Positions 27,120 through 40,900 of a stretch of DNA of 64,000 bases are shown in pieces (the stretch's first letter is position 1; each line of letters starts with the position of its first letter). Both the position numbers and the translations under genes were made by a program. Source of the stretch: Azolla caroliniana. Lineage: Eukaryota; Plantae; Polypodiophyta. The notes under the pieces are model-generated. The model saw only the letters and a program-made list of their open reading frames with translations. It did not search any database and was not told the origin of the DNA. Location of the stretch: assembly GCA_043228905.1 (NCBI GenBank), contig JBHGNT010000015.1, forward strand, positions 1-64,000, given 5' to 3'.

Positions 27120-29985
27120 GCATGGGTTCATAATATGGTTTAAGTTGGAACCCATTTACCCACTTGTCCAGCACCTCGCCGGCTAGCGTTCCCAGCTGAT
27201 ATGAGCCATTGAACTCTCACGTTATCCAATATGGTCCGGTCCACCGGAACCGTAGCTTCCACGACATCTTGCCCATCCGGGTCTGGAACACTAGTACCGG
27301 CTTGTTGATGCCAAACATCTTCTTGTTACCCTTCCGGTGGTGGTCGACGAATGCTTTCCTTCGTTGTTGCTCGAGTTCCATCTACATTAGGCTCATTATT
27401 TGATTTTCATCCAACTCACATAGTGCTGGTAACCGGATTTTTGCCGACTCCTTCTCGCTCAGCCGCTCCTGGACCTGTATCCGTAAGCTTGGAATTTGGA
27501 ATTCAATTGGCATCACCACTTGGAGACCAAACACTAACCGGAATGGTGTTGTCCGGATACTTGTTTTGTATGCCGTTCGGTAAGCCCATAACGCGCTGTG
27601 CAACTTTGTATCCCAATTGGTTCAGTTCTCATTGACAATCTTCCGAAGAATGTTTTGCAGAGTTTTATTGGTTGACTCGGCCAATCCATTGGCCTACGGG
27701 TAATAAGTGGTGCTTCGCTTGTGTAATACCGCATAAAATGTTGTTAGGCTTTCCACCACTTGGCCGAGGAAGTGTCCACCTTGGTCGCTGATTAATTTGA
27801 TTGGACATCCATACTGGCACCAGATGTACTCGTACAGGAACTTTGTCGTTGACGTTACGGTATTGTCCCTTAGTGCCTTGGCTTCCACCCATTTTGTACA
27901 GTAATCTGTGGCGACAATTATGTACCTGTTGCTGGTTCGCATTGCCAGTGGCTTGAATGGTCCAACAAAGTCCAACCCCCATTTCTGGAATGGCTCTAGA
28001 GGTATTACCGACTGGTGCGGCATGTGTGCTTGTTCTGTTGGCTGGCCCATTCTTTGACACAGATCACATTCCTTCATATATCAGACCGAGTCCTTTAGTG
28101 TCGTTGGCCACCATAAGCCGCTGCGCAATATTTTCCTTGCCATAGCTTCACCGACATAATGTCCTCCGGCGACCTCACAATGTGCTTCCCATAAAATGGT
28201 GTCTTTTTCATCACTCCGGACCGCTCGCCGCCATATGTCGTCGGCTCCTTTATGATACAGGGTATCCTGTACTAGACAAAAGTGTTGGCTTTGCACCGCC
28301 AACCGTTTACGTTCATCTTGATTCATCTCCTCTAGGGGTAGTCTGGTGCTTAAGAACTGGTGTAGATTCATTAACAATGTGGCATCTGGAAATTCATCTT
28401 GAACACCGTCACCGGTCTCTCCGGATTCTAACCGGCTCAAGTAATCGGCAACCGCATGCTATATACCCGGCCGATGATAGATCTCAAATTCAAATTCTTG
28501 TAATAATAATGTCCATCGGGCCAGTTTGTCGGTGAGTGATGCCTTCGAGACCAAGTATCAATGCGCTGAATGGTCTACATGGAATGAAAACTTGCAGCCC
28601 AACAAATAATGTCGGTATTTGGTGACACTGTATATCATTCCTAGGGCTTCTCTTTTCGTAGTGGAATAATTCCGCTCCACCTTTGACAGCTTCCGACTAG
28701 CGTAATACACCGGCCGGTACCACTTCGGTTTGGTAAGTTGCATGAGTACGCTGCCGATTGCGATATCCGACGCGTCCACGAAGACATGGAACTCTTTTGA
28801 CCAGTCTGGGGGTTGTACCACCGGTGCTTGTGATAGCATAGTACGCAGTAAGCTATAAACCTCGTGCTCAGCTACCGCATCTAAAACTCCATCCGTAAAC
28901 GGAAGTGGAAATGCGTCGGTAACCGTTGTCGCGTTTAATTTCCGATAATCCACGCAGACACGGATCTTGCCATTCTTCTTTGGCACTACGACAATTGGAC
29001 TTAGCCAAGTGGCTTTCTTCACCGGCCGAATAAAGCCGACTCGGAGCAGCTTGTCAATTTCCTCCTTTACTCTTGCCGCGTAGTTTGGGTTCATTCAATA
29101 CCGTCGTTGTGCCACCGGCTTAGCGTCCTTGCTGAGGTGAATTTGGTGTTGATAGAGTTGGGGATCAAGTCCCCGCATATCTTCATAGGACCAAGTGAAT
29201 ACATCCCAGAATTCTTCTAATAATGTTATCATTGCTGATTTGTCTCCCTGTGACATCTCCTTGGCCACGTGTACCAGACGTGCTTCCTCTCCGATGCACA
29301 AATTTACTTCGACTAGTTGTGACGCCTTTACTCCTTGGGATACTGCCATTTCCCGTTCCAAGGCCTCTTGTGCTTGCCGTAGTTCCCGGAGTGCATCCTT
29401 ATCCGGTTCCTCCCCGACCTCTTCCATTTGCACAATGTATGGAGATACCACTTCTGCCACGTCCACTTCGAACAGAGGGACTATCCTTGGGTTCTCTTCA
29501 AGGTAGCGATCCACCTCCTTGTCGGCCCGTCCTGCGAGCATGTTCACGCTTTCGGCATATAGTGGGGTTACATCTTTGTCGGGGCTTGCTTGCGGTTGCA
29601 TGGGTACTCTTACTTTCATTTTCCCTCTTCCAAACGTAATATTGTTTTTCTTCCAATTTTGTTTGATATGGGCAGTCCTCAACCATGGTCGTCCTAGCAG
29701 CAGTGGGTATGCCCCTTGAGCATTCAACTAGAGGACTACCGCAGAAATTCGGAAAGCATGACCTCCGATCGTCACCTCCAAGTCCCGAATCAAGCCGGCC
29801 GGTCGGACTGAGTTGGTGTCCGCCATCCAGAGCCAGAATTGGCATGGTTCCCACTCTTTAATTCCCAAAGTGTCGCATGTCCGGAGGCTTATCACGTTTA
29901 CACCCGATCCGCCATCGACTATCGTACTTGGTAGCTCCCGTCCTTTAATAATCGCAGTGATTGCAGGATTGCTGGTGTCCACCAC
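27120..29985 (-). pseudogene. pol: Gypsy pol pseudogene: protease, internally deleted RT, RNase H, integrase
   Basis: IVDGGSGVNVI (PR); DVFTWSYEDMRGLDP; WLSPIVVVPKKNGKIRVCVDYRKLN (RT N-part) fused in frame at ~28850 to LLRTMLSQAPV..DASDIAIG..ERNYSTT (RH), so the YxDD core is missing; EAH..GGH..CDLC, WGLDFVGP, SDQG (INT); several stops and frameshifts. Confidence 0.92.
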
Positions 29986-30145
29986 TGTCAGTCCTTTACT
30001 TTGGATTTGGAGCCGGTGCAGGACTTAACGGAGCCATCGCCGATTTCAACCCGTCGGTGAACCGGGTCACTAGTTGCAGTAACCGACCCAATGGTAACGT
30101 GATTTGGCATTCCTAAAGTGCTTGCCACGTGGGGTTCTCCGGTTG

Positions 30146-30991
30146 TGACGGGAACTCAACGCTCCTTATGCGCAACGCTCGGCCACAACCGAGCTTAGAA
30201 TGATAGACAGAAAACGGGAAATAAAACGCGACACAAAGAAGAGATGAGTACACAGGATGTTTAACGTGGAAAACCCCAAAGTAGGGGGAAAAACCACGGC
30301 AACCCACAGGCTGCAAACTGTCACTATGTAAGAATATACAATAGTGAGTTCACTGAGGCAATGACCTCGTGCTCACAGATCTTCGCCACAGGCGGCGGTT
30401 ACAACAAAGGCGACGACCTCTTTCACTCTCTCTCTCTCTCTGTACATTGTTACGCACTCACTCTATTCTTGCACCAACAAGAATGACAACAAAAAAAACT
30501 AAAAGTTTTCCCTAAGTCATATTTATACTAATATGACTTTTCGGCTATTTACAAATATAGCCTCGATGGACTCTCAGAAAACATATTTACCAATATGTCT
30601 CCACATCCGGTTCATACCGGGTCTGCACCACAGATCTTCGCCACAGGCGGCGGTTACAACAAAGGCGACGACCTCTTTCACTCTCTCTCTCTCTGTACAT
30701 TGTTACGCACTCACTCTATTCTTGCACCAACAAGAATGACAACAAAAAAAACTAAAAGTTTGCCCTAAGTCATATTTATACTAATATGACTTTTCGGCTA
30801 TTTACAAATATAGCCTCGATGGACTCTCAGAAAACATATTTACCAATATGTCTCCACATCCGGTTCATACCGGGTCTGCACCATCCGGCTCTCCGTAGCC
30901 GGGTACTCCTCATCCGGTTCCGGCCTCGGCCTAACTTGTTCATCAGCATTGTTCTTCTCCCTTTCCATCCAGAGGGACCTGTCTCCCAACA
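30146..30991 (-). mobile_element. Copia-family solo LTR with ~254-bp internal tandem duplication
   Basis: Minus strand starts TGTTGGGA..GGTCCCTC like the copia LTRs at 46888 and 62468 and ends CA; shares TATAAATATGACTTAGGG and CCGCCGCCTGTGGCGA motifs; near-perfect 5-bp TSD GGTTG (30141-30145)/GGCTG (30992-30996); removal rejoins the host frame KVQP-ENPTWQAL. Duplicated units 30374-30628 and 30629-30881. Confidence 0.88.
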
Positions 30992-31233
30992 GGCTGTACC
31001 TTTATGGTGAGTTCCTCCACTGCATTCGTGTGCACCTTCATTTCAGTGACATTGCGTTCATTGGCCTTTTCAATCCATTCAGTGGTCTGTTTTCGTATGG
31101 CTTCTTGTGCTTCCCACTCCATTGTCTTTCCTTTTGATCTGGTGGAGACTTGAATCGTGGTCTGTTTTCGTATGGCTTCTTGTGCTTCCCACTCCGTTGT
31201 CTTTCCTTTTGAACCGGTTTGGAACCGAACCGT

Positions 31234-34153
31234 ATAGCTAGTGTTTCTAACTTCGATTCGCAGGTTTGAACACAAAAATCCGATGTCACATGAGCCAGGT
31301 ATAAACATTTTCATTCACTCACGCGCTCTTGTCTACGCACTCCTCAACATTGCTTTTTTATCTAGGAATCTCGACCTGATTTTCAAAATCATGATTTCGA
31401 AATTCTATATCCTAGCTAGTGCTTGTAGCTTCAATTCGATTGTTTGAACACAAATATCCGATATTACACGAGCCAGGTATGACCATTTTCAGTTACTCAG
31501 ACTCTCTTGCCTACGCCCTCCTCAACTTTGCTTTTCTCTCCATGACTCTCGACCTCAATTTCGAAATCATGATTTTGAAATTCTATATCATAGCTAGTGT
31601 TGCTAGCTTCAATTCGCATGTTTAAAGACAAAAATCAGATTGCACACAAACCAGGTATGAATATTTTCATTTACTCACGCGCTCTTGTCTACGTACTCCT
31701 CAACTTTGGTTTTTTCTCCATGACTCTCGACCTGAGTTTCAGAATCACAATTTTGCAATTCTATATCCTAGCTAGTGCTTCTAGCTTATATTCGCATGTT
31801 TGAACACAAAAATCCGATATCACACAACCCAGGCATGAACATGTTCAATTACTCACGAGCTCTTGTCTACGCCCTCCTCAACTTTGCTTTTTTCTGCATG
31901 ACTCTTGACCTCAGTTTCAAAATCATGATTTTCCAATTCTATATCATAGCTATTGTTTCTAGCTTCGATTCGAATGTTTAAACACAAAAATCCAATATCA
32001 CAGGAGCCAGGTATGAACATTTTCATTCACTTACGCGCTCTTGTCTACGCAGCCCTCAACTTTCCTATTTTCTCCATGACTCTCGACCTGTGTTTCAAAA
32101 TCATGATTTTGAAATTCTATATCATAGCTAGTGCTTCTATCTTCTATTCACATGATTGAACACAAAAATCCGATATTAGACGAGCCAGGTATGCACATTT
32201 TAAGTTACTCAGGCTCTCTTTTCTACGCCCTCCTCAACTTTGCTTTTTCTCCATGACTCTTGACCTGAGTTTCAAAATCATGATTTTACAATTTTATATC
32301 ATAGCTAGTGTTGTTAGCTTCAATTCTCATCTTTCAACACAAAAATCCGATATCACACCAGCCAGGTATAAGCATTTTCAGTTACTCAAGCTCTCTTGTC
32401 TACGCCCTCCTCAACTTTCGTTTTTCCTCCATAACTCTCGACTTGAGTATCAAGATCAGGATTTTACAATTCTATATCAAAGCTAGTGCCTCTAGCTTCG
32501 ATTCGTTTGTTTGAACACAAAAATCCGATATTACACGAGCCAGGTATGACCATTTTCATTTACTCACGCTCTCCTCAACTTTGCTTTTCTCTCTATGACT
32601 CTTAAACTGAGTTTCCAAATCATGATTTGGAAAGTCTATATCATACCTAGTGTTGCTAGCTTCGGTTCGCAGGTTTGAACACAAAAATCCGATATCACAC
32701 GAGCCAGGTATGAACATTTTAATTTACTCACACACTCTTGTCTACGCCCTCCTCAACTTTGCTTCTTTCTCCATGACTCTTGACCTGATTTTCCAAATCA
32801 TAATTTGGCAAGTCTATATCATAGCTAGTGTTGCTAGCTTCGATTCGCATATTTAAATACAAAAATCTGATATCACACGAGCCAGGTATGAACATTTTCA
32901 TTTGCTCACGCGCTCTTGTCTCCGCCCTCCTTAACCTTGCTTTTTTATCCAGGACTCTCAACCTGAGTTTCAAAATCATGATTTTGAAATTCTATATCCT
33001 ACTTAGTGTTGCCAGCCTCGATTCCCATGTTTGAACACAAAAATCCGATATTAGACGAGCTAGGTATGAACATTTTCATTTACTCATGCGCTCTCGTCCC
33101 TACCCTACTCAACTTAGCTTTTTTCACCATGACTCTCGACCTGAGTTTCAAGATCTTGATTTTTTAATTCAATATCATAGCTAGCGTTGTTAGCTTCGAT
33201 TCACAAAAATCCGATATTACACGAGCCAGGTATGAACATTTTCAATTACTTAGGCTCTCTTGTCTAAGCCCTCCTAAACTTTGCTTTTTTCTCCATGACT
33301 CTTGACCTGACTTTGAAAATCATGATTTTACAATTATATATCAAACCTATTGTTGCTAGCTTCGATTCGCATGTTTGAACACAAAAATCCGATATCACAC
33401 GAGCCAGATATGAATATTTTCATATACTCACCCACTCTTATCTATACCCTCTCAACATTGAATTTTTCTCCATGACTCTCGACCTCAGTTTCAAAATAAT
33501 GATGTGGCAATTCTATATCATAACTAGTGTTGCTAGCTTTGATTCGCATGTTTGAACACAAAAATCCGATATCACATGAGCCAAGTATGAACATTTCCAT
33601 TTACTCACGCGCTCTTTTCTACGCCCTCGTCAACTTTGCTTTTTTCTCCATGACTCTCGACTTGTGTTTCAAAATTGTGATGTGGCAAGTCTATATGATA
33701 GCTAGTGTTTCTAACTTCGATTCGCAGGTTTGAACACAAAAATCCGATCTCACATGAGCCAGGTATAAACATTTTCATTTACTCTCGCGCTCTTGTCTTT
33801 GCACTCGATTTGGCAAGTATATCTCAAATCTTCCATGCCTCTTGACCTGAGTTTCCATATCATGATTTGGCAAGTCTATATCAAAGCTAGTGTTGCTAGC
33901 TTTGATTCGCATGTTTAAACACAAAAATCGGATATCACACGAGCCAGGTATAAACATTTTCATTTGCTCACGCACTCTTGTCTACGCCCTCCTCAACTTT
34001 GCTTTTCACTCCATGGCTCTCGACCACAGTTTCGAAATCATGATTTGGCAATTCTATATCATAGCTAGTGTTGCTCGCTTCGATTCGCAGGTTTGAACAC
34101 AAAAATCCGATATCACACAAGCTAGGTATGAACATTTTCATTTAATCACGCAC
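31234..34153. repeat. 178-bp satellite, subtype B (continues in register with the block ending at 24314)
   Basis: Monomers from 31241 on are near-copies of those from 22586 on (compare ORF translations). Confidence 0.96.
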
Positions 34154-34957
34154 TGTCGTAGTGTAGGTTGCACACTATGTGGAAATTATATTTTTGTCCC
34201 TCCGGATAGAGAATGGAGTGCTCGGTGAGAACCGGAAGAAAACGGCATACCGGCAAGGAGGAAAACGGCATACCGGCAAGGAAGAAAACGGCATACCGGC
34301 AAGGAAGAGCCGGATAAAGAGACATAAATGTAAAAAAAAAAAGGGAAATACTCACTACTGCGCAGGGCGTGATTCAAACTCTGCACCTCCACGTTGACAA
34401 ACCCCAACCTTACCATTACATTAACTTATCTTAAGTGTTTTAAATATAGATTTAATACGTATAAGACCTTTATTTATGCATACCTTTATTAAAAGGTAAA
34501 TCGTGTATTTTTTTTAATATATGAAAAAGACGAGACACTAAAAATAACTCATGCACATCTAGCGTGCATGAGCCCTATACTTAGGAAATAAAAAAGCATC
34601 ACATGCACATTTAGTGGACATGAACACTTTTTGTAAAAAAAAAGCATGAAGCCATGCTTAGCTCTTCCTTCCTTATATAAGGAGGAGAGAAATATGTAAA
34701 GGGTTGTTGATTATTTGGATTAAGTATTAATCAATACAAAAATTATTCGTGGGATTCACGATTTATACATCTACTTCTCTCTTAACACCCTAAGTACCAA
34801 TTAATATAGTATACTCGTGTGATTCACGAGTTTCTTATCTTTCTCTTTGCTATTTACTCATAATTAATCTCTATCTCACGAACTTCTTTCTCCTAGTCCA
34901 AGACCTCTGTGGTTCCCACCCGACTCACGCAACGATCCGGAGCCGAAAGGCACGACA
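34154..34957 (+). mobile_element. Solo LTR, diverged subfamily of gypsy family G
   Basis: TGTCGTAGTG...GCACGACA termini shared with the LTR at 60881-61716; satellite on both sides; flanks GCAC/GCGC (probable 4-bp TSD with one transition); TATA-like TATATAA near 34674. Confidence 0.92.
34235..34303 (+). repeat. 23-bp tandem repeat x3 in LTR U3
   Basis: GA(A/G)GAAAACGGCATACCGGCAAG at 34235, 34258, 34281. Confidence 0.9.
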
Positions 34958-37900
34958 GCGCTGTTGTCTCCGCCCTCCTCAACTTTGCTTTTTTATCCAG
35001 TTTCAAAATCATGATTTTGAAATTCTATATCCTACTTAGTGTTGCTAGCCTCGATTCCCATGTTTGAACACAAAAATCTGATAACGCACGAGCCAGGTAT
35101 GAACATTTTCATTTACTCATGCACTCTCGTCCCCACGCTCCTCAACTTACCTTTTTTCACCATGCTTCTCGACCTGAGTTTCAAAATCATGGTTTTACAA
35201 TTCTATATCATAGCTAGTGCTTCTAGCTTCCATTCGATTGTTTGAACACAAAATTCCGATTTACACGAGCCAGGTATGAACATTTTCAATTACTCAGGCT
35301 CTCTTGTCTACGCCCTCCTAAACTTTCCTTTTTTCTCCATGACTCTTGACCTGACTTTCAAAATAAGTATTTTACAATTCTATATCAAACCTTGTGTTGC
35401 TAGCTTCGATTCGCATGTTTGAACACAAAAATCCGATATCACACGAGCCAGGTATGAAAATTTTCATTTACTCAGCCACTCTTGTCTACGCCCTCCTCAA
35501 CTTTGCTTTTTTCTCCATGACTCTCGACCTGAGTTTCCAAATCATGAGTTGGCAAGTGTATATCATAACTATTGTTGCTAGCTTCGATTCGCATATTTAA
35601 ATACAAAAATCCGATATCACACGAGCCAGGTATGAACATTTTCATTTGCTCACGCGCTCTTGTCTCCGCCCTCTTCAACATTGCTTTTTTATCCAGGACT
35701 CTCGATCATGATTCAAAAATTCTATATCCTAGCTAGTGTTGCTAGCTTCAATTAGCATGTTTGAACACAAAAATCCGATATCACACGAACCAGGTATAAA
35801 CATTTTCATTCACACGCTCTCTTTTCTACGCCCTCGTCACCTTTGCTTTTTTCTTCATGACTGTCGATCTCAATTTCAAAATCATGATTTAGAAATTCTA
35901 TATCATACCTACTATTGCTAGCTTCGATTCGCATGTTTAAACACAGAAATTCAATATCACACGAGCAAGATATAAACATTTTCATTTGCTAACACGGTTT
36001 TGTCTCCGCCCTCCTCAACTTTGCTTTTTTATCCAAGACTCTCAACCTCAGTTTCAAAATGATGATTTTGAAATTCTATATCCTAGCTAGTGCTTCTAGC
36101 TTCTATTCGCATGTTTGAACACAAAAATCTGACATCACAGGAGCCAGGTATAAACATTTTCATTTACTTACGCGCTCTTGTCTACGCACCCCTCAAGTTT
36201 GTTTTTTTCTCCATGACTCTCGACCTGAGTTTCAAAATCATCATTTTCCAATTCTATATGATAGCTAATGTTTCTAACTTCAATTCGCATATTTGAACAC
36301 AGAAATCCGATATCACACGAGCCAGGTATGAACATTTTCATTTGCTCATGCGCTCTTTTCTCCGCCCTCCTCAACTTTGCTTCTTTATCAAGGACCCTCG
36401 ACCTGAGTTTCAACATCATGATTTTGCAATTCTTTATCCTAGCTAGTCCTTCTAGTTTCCATTCGCATGTTTGAACACAAAAATCCGATATTACACGAGC
36501 CAGGTATGAACATTTTCAATTACTTAGGCTCTCTCTTATCTACGCCCTCCTCAATTTGCTTTTCTCTCCATGACTCTCGACCTGAGTTTCAAAATCAAGA
36601 TTTTACAATACTATATCATAGTTAGTGTTGCTAGCTTCGATTTGCATGATTGAACACGAAAATCCGATATCAGACGAGCCAGGTATGAACATTTTCATTT
36701 TCTCACGCGGTCTTGTCTACGCCCTCCTCAACTTTGCTTTTTTCTCCATGACTGTTGACCTCAGTTTCGAAATCATGATTTGGCAATTCTATATCATAGC
36801 GAGTGTTGCTAGCTTCGATTCGAATGTTTCAACATAAAGATCCGATATCACACGAGCCAGGTATGAACATTTTCCTTTACTCACGCGCCCTTGTCGACGC
36901 ACTCCTTAACTTTGCTTTTTTGTCCATATCTCTCGACCTGAGAATCTAAATAATGATTTGGCAATTCTATATCATAGCTAGTGTATTCGCATGTTTAAAG
37001 ACAAAAATTCGATCGCACACAAACCACGTATGAATATTTTCATATACTCACGCGCTCTTGTCTACGTACTCCTCAACTTTGCTTTCTTCTCCATGACTCT
37101 CGACCTGAGTTTCAAAATCATGATTTTGAAATTCTATATCCTAGCTAGTGCTTCTAGCTTTGATTCGCATGTCGGAACAAAAAAATCCGATATCACATGA
37201 GCCAGGAATGAACATTCTCATTTACTCATGCACTCTGGTCTCCGCCCTCCTCAACTTTGCTTTTTTATCTAGGACTCCTCACCTAAGTTTCAAAATCATC
37301 ATTATGCAATTCTATATTATAGCTAGTGTTACTAGCTTCGATTAGCATGTTTGAACACAAAAATCTGATATCACGCGAACCAGGTATGAATATTTTCATT
37401 TACTCACGCGCTCTTGTCTATGTACTCCTCAACTTTGCTTTTTTCTCCATGACTCTCGACCTGAGTTTCAGAATCATGATTTTGCAATTCTATATCCTAG
37501 CTAGTGCTTCTAGCTTCGATTCGCATGTTTGAACACAAAAATCCGATATCACACGAGCCATGCATGAACATGTTCATTTAGTCACGCACTCTTGTCTATG
37601 ACCTCCTCAACTTTGCTTTTTTCTCCATAACTCTTGACCTGAGTTTCGAAATCATCATTTTGCAATTCCATGTTATAGAGTGGCTTGTCAACTTCGTTTC
37701 ACATGTTGGAACACAAAAATCCTATATAACATGAGCCAGGTTTGAACATTTTCATTTACTCACGCGCTCTTGTCTACGCCCTCCTCAACTTTGCTTCTTT
37801 CTCCATGACTCTCGACGTCAGTTTCAAAATCATCTTTTTCCAAGTCTATACCAGAGTTAGATTCATTAACTTCGATTCGAATATTTGAACACAAAAATCC

Positions 37901-40900
37901 TATATCACACGAGCTAGGTATGAACAGTTTCCTTTACACACACACTCTTGTCTACGCACTCCTCTACTTTGCTTTTTTGTCCATGACTCTTGACCTGAGT
38001 TTCCAAATCGTGATTTGGCAAGTCTATATCATAGCTAGTGTTGCTAGCTGCGACTCGTATGTTTGACAATAGAAATCCGATATCACACGAGCCAGGTATG
38101 AACATTTTCATTTACTCACGCGCTCTTGTCTACGCACTCCTCAACTTTGCTTTTTTCACCATGACTCTCGAGCTCAATTTCAAAATCATGATTTGGAAAT
38201 TCTATATCATAGCTACTGTTGCTAGCTTCGATTCGCATGTTTAAACACAAAAATCCGATATCACACGAGCAAGGTATGAACATTTTCATTTGCTCACACG
38301 GTTTTTCTCCGCCCTCCTCAACTTTGCTTTTTTATCCAGGACTCTTGACCTCAGTTTCAAAATCATTTTTCTCCATTTGTATATCATAGCTAGATTTATT
38401 AGCTTCATTCGCATGTTCGAACACAAAATTCCGATATCACACGAGCCAGGTATGACCATTTTCATTTACTCACGCGCTCTTGTCTACGCCCTCGTTAACT
38501 ATGCTTTTTTCTTCATGTCTCGCGACCTGTGTTTCGAGCACTTGATTTTCCAATTCTATATCATAGCTAGATTCATTAGCTTCGATTCACATGTTTGAAC
38601 ACAAATATCCGAAATCACACTAGCAGGTATGAACATTTTAATTTACTCATGCGTTCTTGTCTACGGCTTCCTTAACTATGGTTTTTTCTTCATATGTCTC
38701 GACCTGAGTTTCAAAATCATGATTTTTCAATTCAATATGATAGCTAAGCTTGTTTGCTTCGATTCGCATGTTTGAACACAAAAATCTGATATCACACGAG
38801 CCAGTTATGAACATTTTCATTTACTAATGCGCTCTTGTCTACGCCCTTCATAACTTTTCTTTTCTTTTCATGTCTCCCGACCTGTGTTTCGAAAACATTG
38901 TTTTCCAATTCTATATCATAGCCAGATTCATTAGCTTCAATTCACATGTTTGAACACAAAAATCCGATATTAAACGAGCCAGGTATGACCATTTTCATTT
39001 ACTCACGTGCTCTTGGCTACCGCCTCCTGAACTCTTCTTTTTTCTACATGTCTCTCAACCTAAGTTTCAAAATGATGATTTTCCAATTCCATATCATAGC
39101 TAGCTTTAATAGTTTCAATTCGGATGTTTAAACACAAGAATCTGATATCACAGGAGCCAGGTATAAAAATTTTCATTTACTCACGTGCTCTTGTCTACGG
39201 CCTATTCAACTATGCTTTTTTCTTCATGTCTCGTGACCTGTGTTTCAAAATCATCATTTTCAGATTCTATATCATAGCTAGATTCATTAGCTTTGATTCG
39301 AATGTTTGAACACAAAAATCCGATATCACACGAGCCACGTATGAACATTTTCATTTACTTACGTGCTCTTGTCTACGTCCTCTTGAACTATGCTTTTTTC
39401 TTCATGTCTCTCTACCTGAGTTTCAAACTCATGATTTTCCAATCCCATATCATAGCTAGCTTTGTTAACTTTCATTTTCCAAATCTGTTATCAAACGAGC
39501 CCGGTATCAACATTTTCATTTTCTCACGCGCTCTTGTCTACGGCCTCCTAAACTATGCTTTAATGTTCATGTCTCTCAACCTGAGTTTCAAAATCATGAT
39601 TTTCCAATTCTATATCATAGCTAGATTCATTAACTTCGATTCGCATGTTTGAACACAAAAATCCGATATCACATGACCCAGGTATGAATATTTTCATTTA
39701 GTCATATGCTCTGGTCTATACCCTCCTAAACTATTCTTTTTTCTTCATATCTCTCAACCTGAGTTTCAAAATCATGATCTGCCAATTCCATATCATTACT
39801 AGCTTTGTTAACTTCGATTCGCATGTTTGAACACAGAAATCCGATATCAAAACAGCGAGGTATGAACATTTTCATTTACTCACGGGCTCTTGGCTACGCC
39901 CTCCTCTACTTTGCTCTTTTCTTCATGTCTCTCAACCTGAGTTTCAAAATGTAGATTTTTCAATTCTATATCATAGCTAAGTTAGTTTGCTTCGATTCGC
40001 AGGTTTGAAGTAACATATCCGATATAACACAAGCCAGGAATGAACATTTTCATTTATTAACGCGCACTTGTCTTCATGTCTCATGACCTGTGTTTCGAAA
40101 TCATGATTTCCCAATTCCAGATTATAGCTAGTTTTGCTAACTTCAATTCGCATGTTTGAACACAAAAATCCGATATCAAATGAGCCAGGTATGAACATTT
40201 TCAATTACTCACGCGCTCTTGTCGACGCCCTTCTCAACTTTGCTTTTCTCTTCATGTCTTGCGACCTATGTTTCAAACACATGATTTTCCAATTCTATAT
40301 CGTAGCTCGATTCATTAGCTTCGATTCGCATGTTTGAACACAAATATCCGAAATCACACGTGCCAGGTATGAACATTTTCATTTACTCACGCGTTCTTGT
40401 TGATGGCCTCCTTAACTATGGTTTTTTCTTCATGCGTCTCCACCTGAGTTTCAAAATCATGATTTTTCAATTCTATGTCATAGCTTGGTTGCTTCGATTC
40501 GCATGTTTGAACACAAAAATCCGATATCATACGAGCCAAGTATCAACATTTTTATTTACTAACGCGCTATTGTCTACGCCCTTCTTAACTTTTCTTTTCT
40601 CTTCATGTCTCTCGACATTTGTTTCAAAAACATGGTTTTCCTATTCTATATCATAGCTAGATTAATTAGCTTCAGTTCGCATGTTTGAACACAAAAATCC
40701 GATATTAAACGAGCAAGGTATGACCATTTTCATTTACTCACGCGCTCTTGGCTACCGCCACCTAAACTATGCTTTTCTCTTCATGTGTCTCGACCTGAGT
40801 TTCAAAATCATGATTTTCCAATTCCATATCATAGCTAGCTTTGATAACTTCAATTCGCATATTTAAACACAAAAATCCGATATCACAGGAGCCACGTATG

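Larger units (their letters stand above)
24315..31233 (-). mobile_element. Decayed LTR-less internal portion of a non-chromovirus Ty3/gypsy element (Athila/Tat-like) with 3' accessory ORF
   Basis: Minus-strand order PR-RT-RH-INT followed by a long broken extra ORF; no own LTR or TSD at either satellite junction. Confidence 0.9.
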
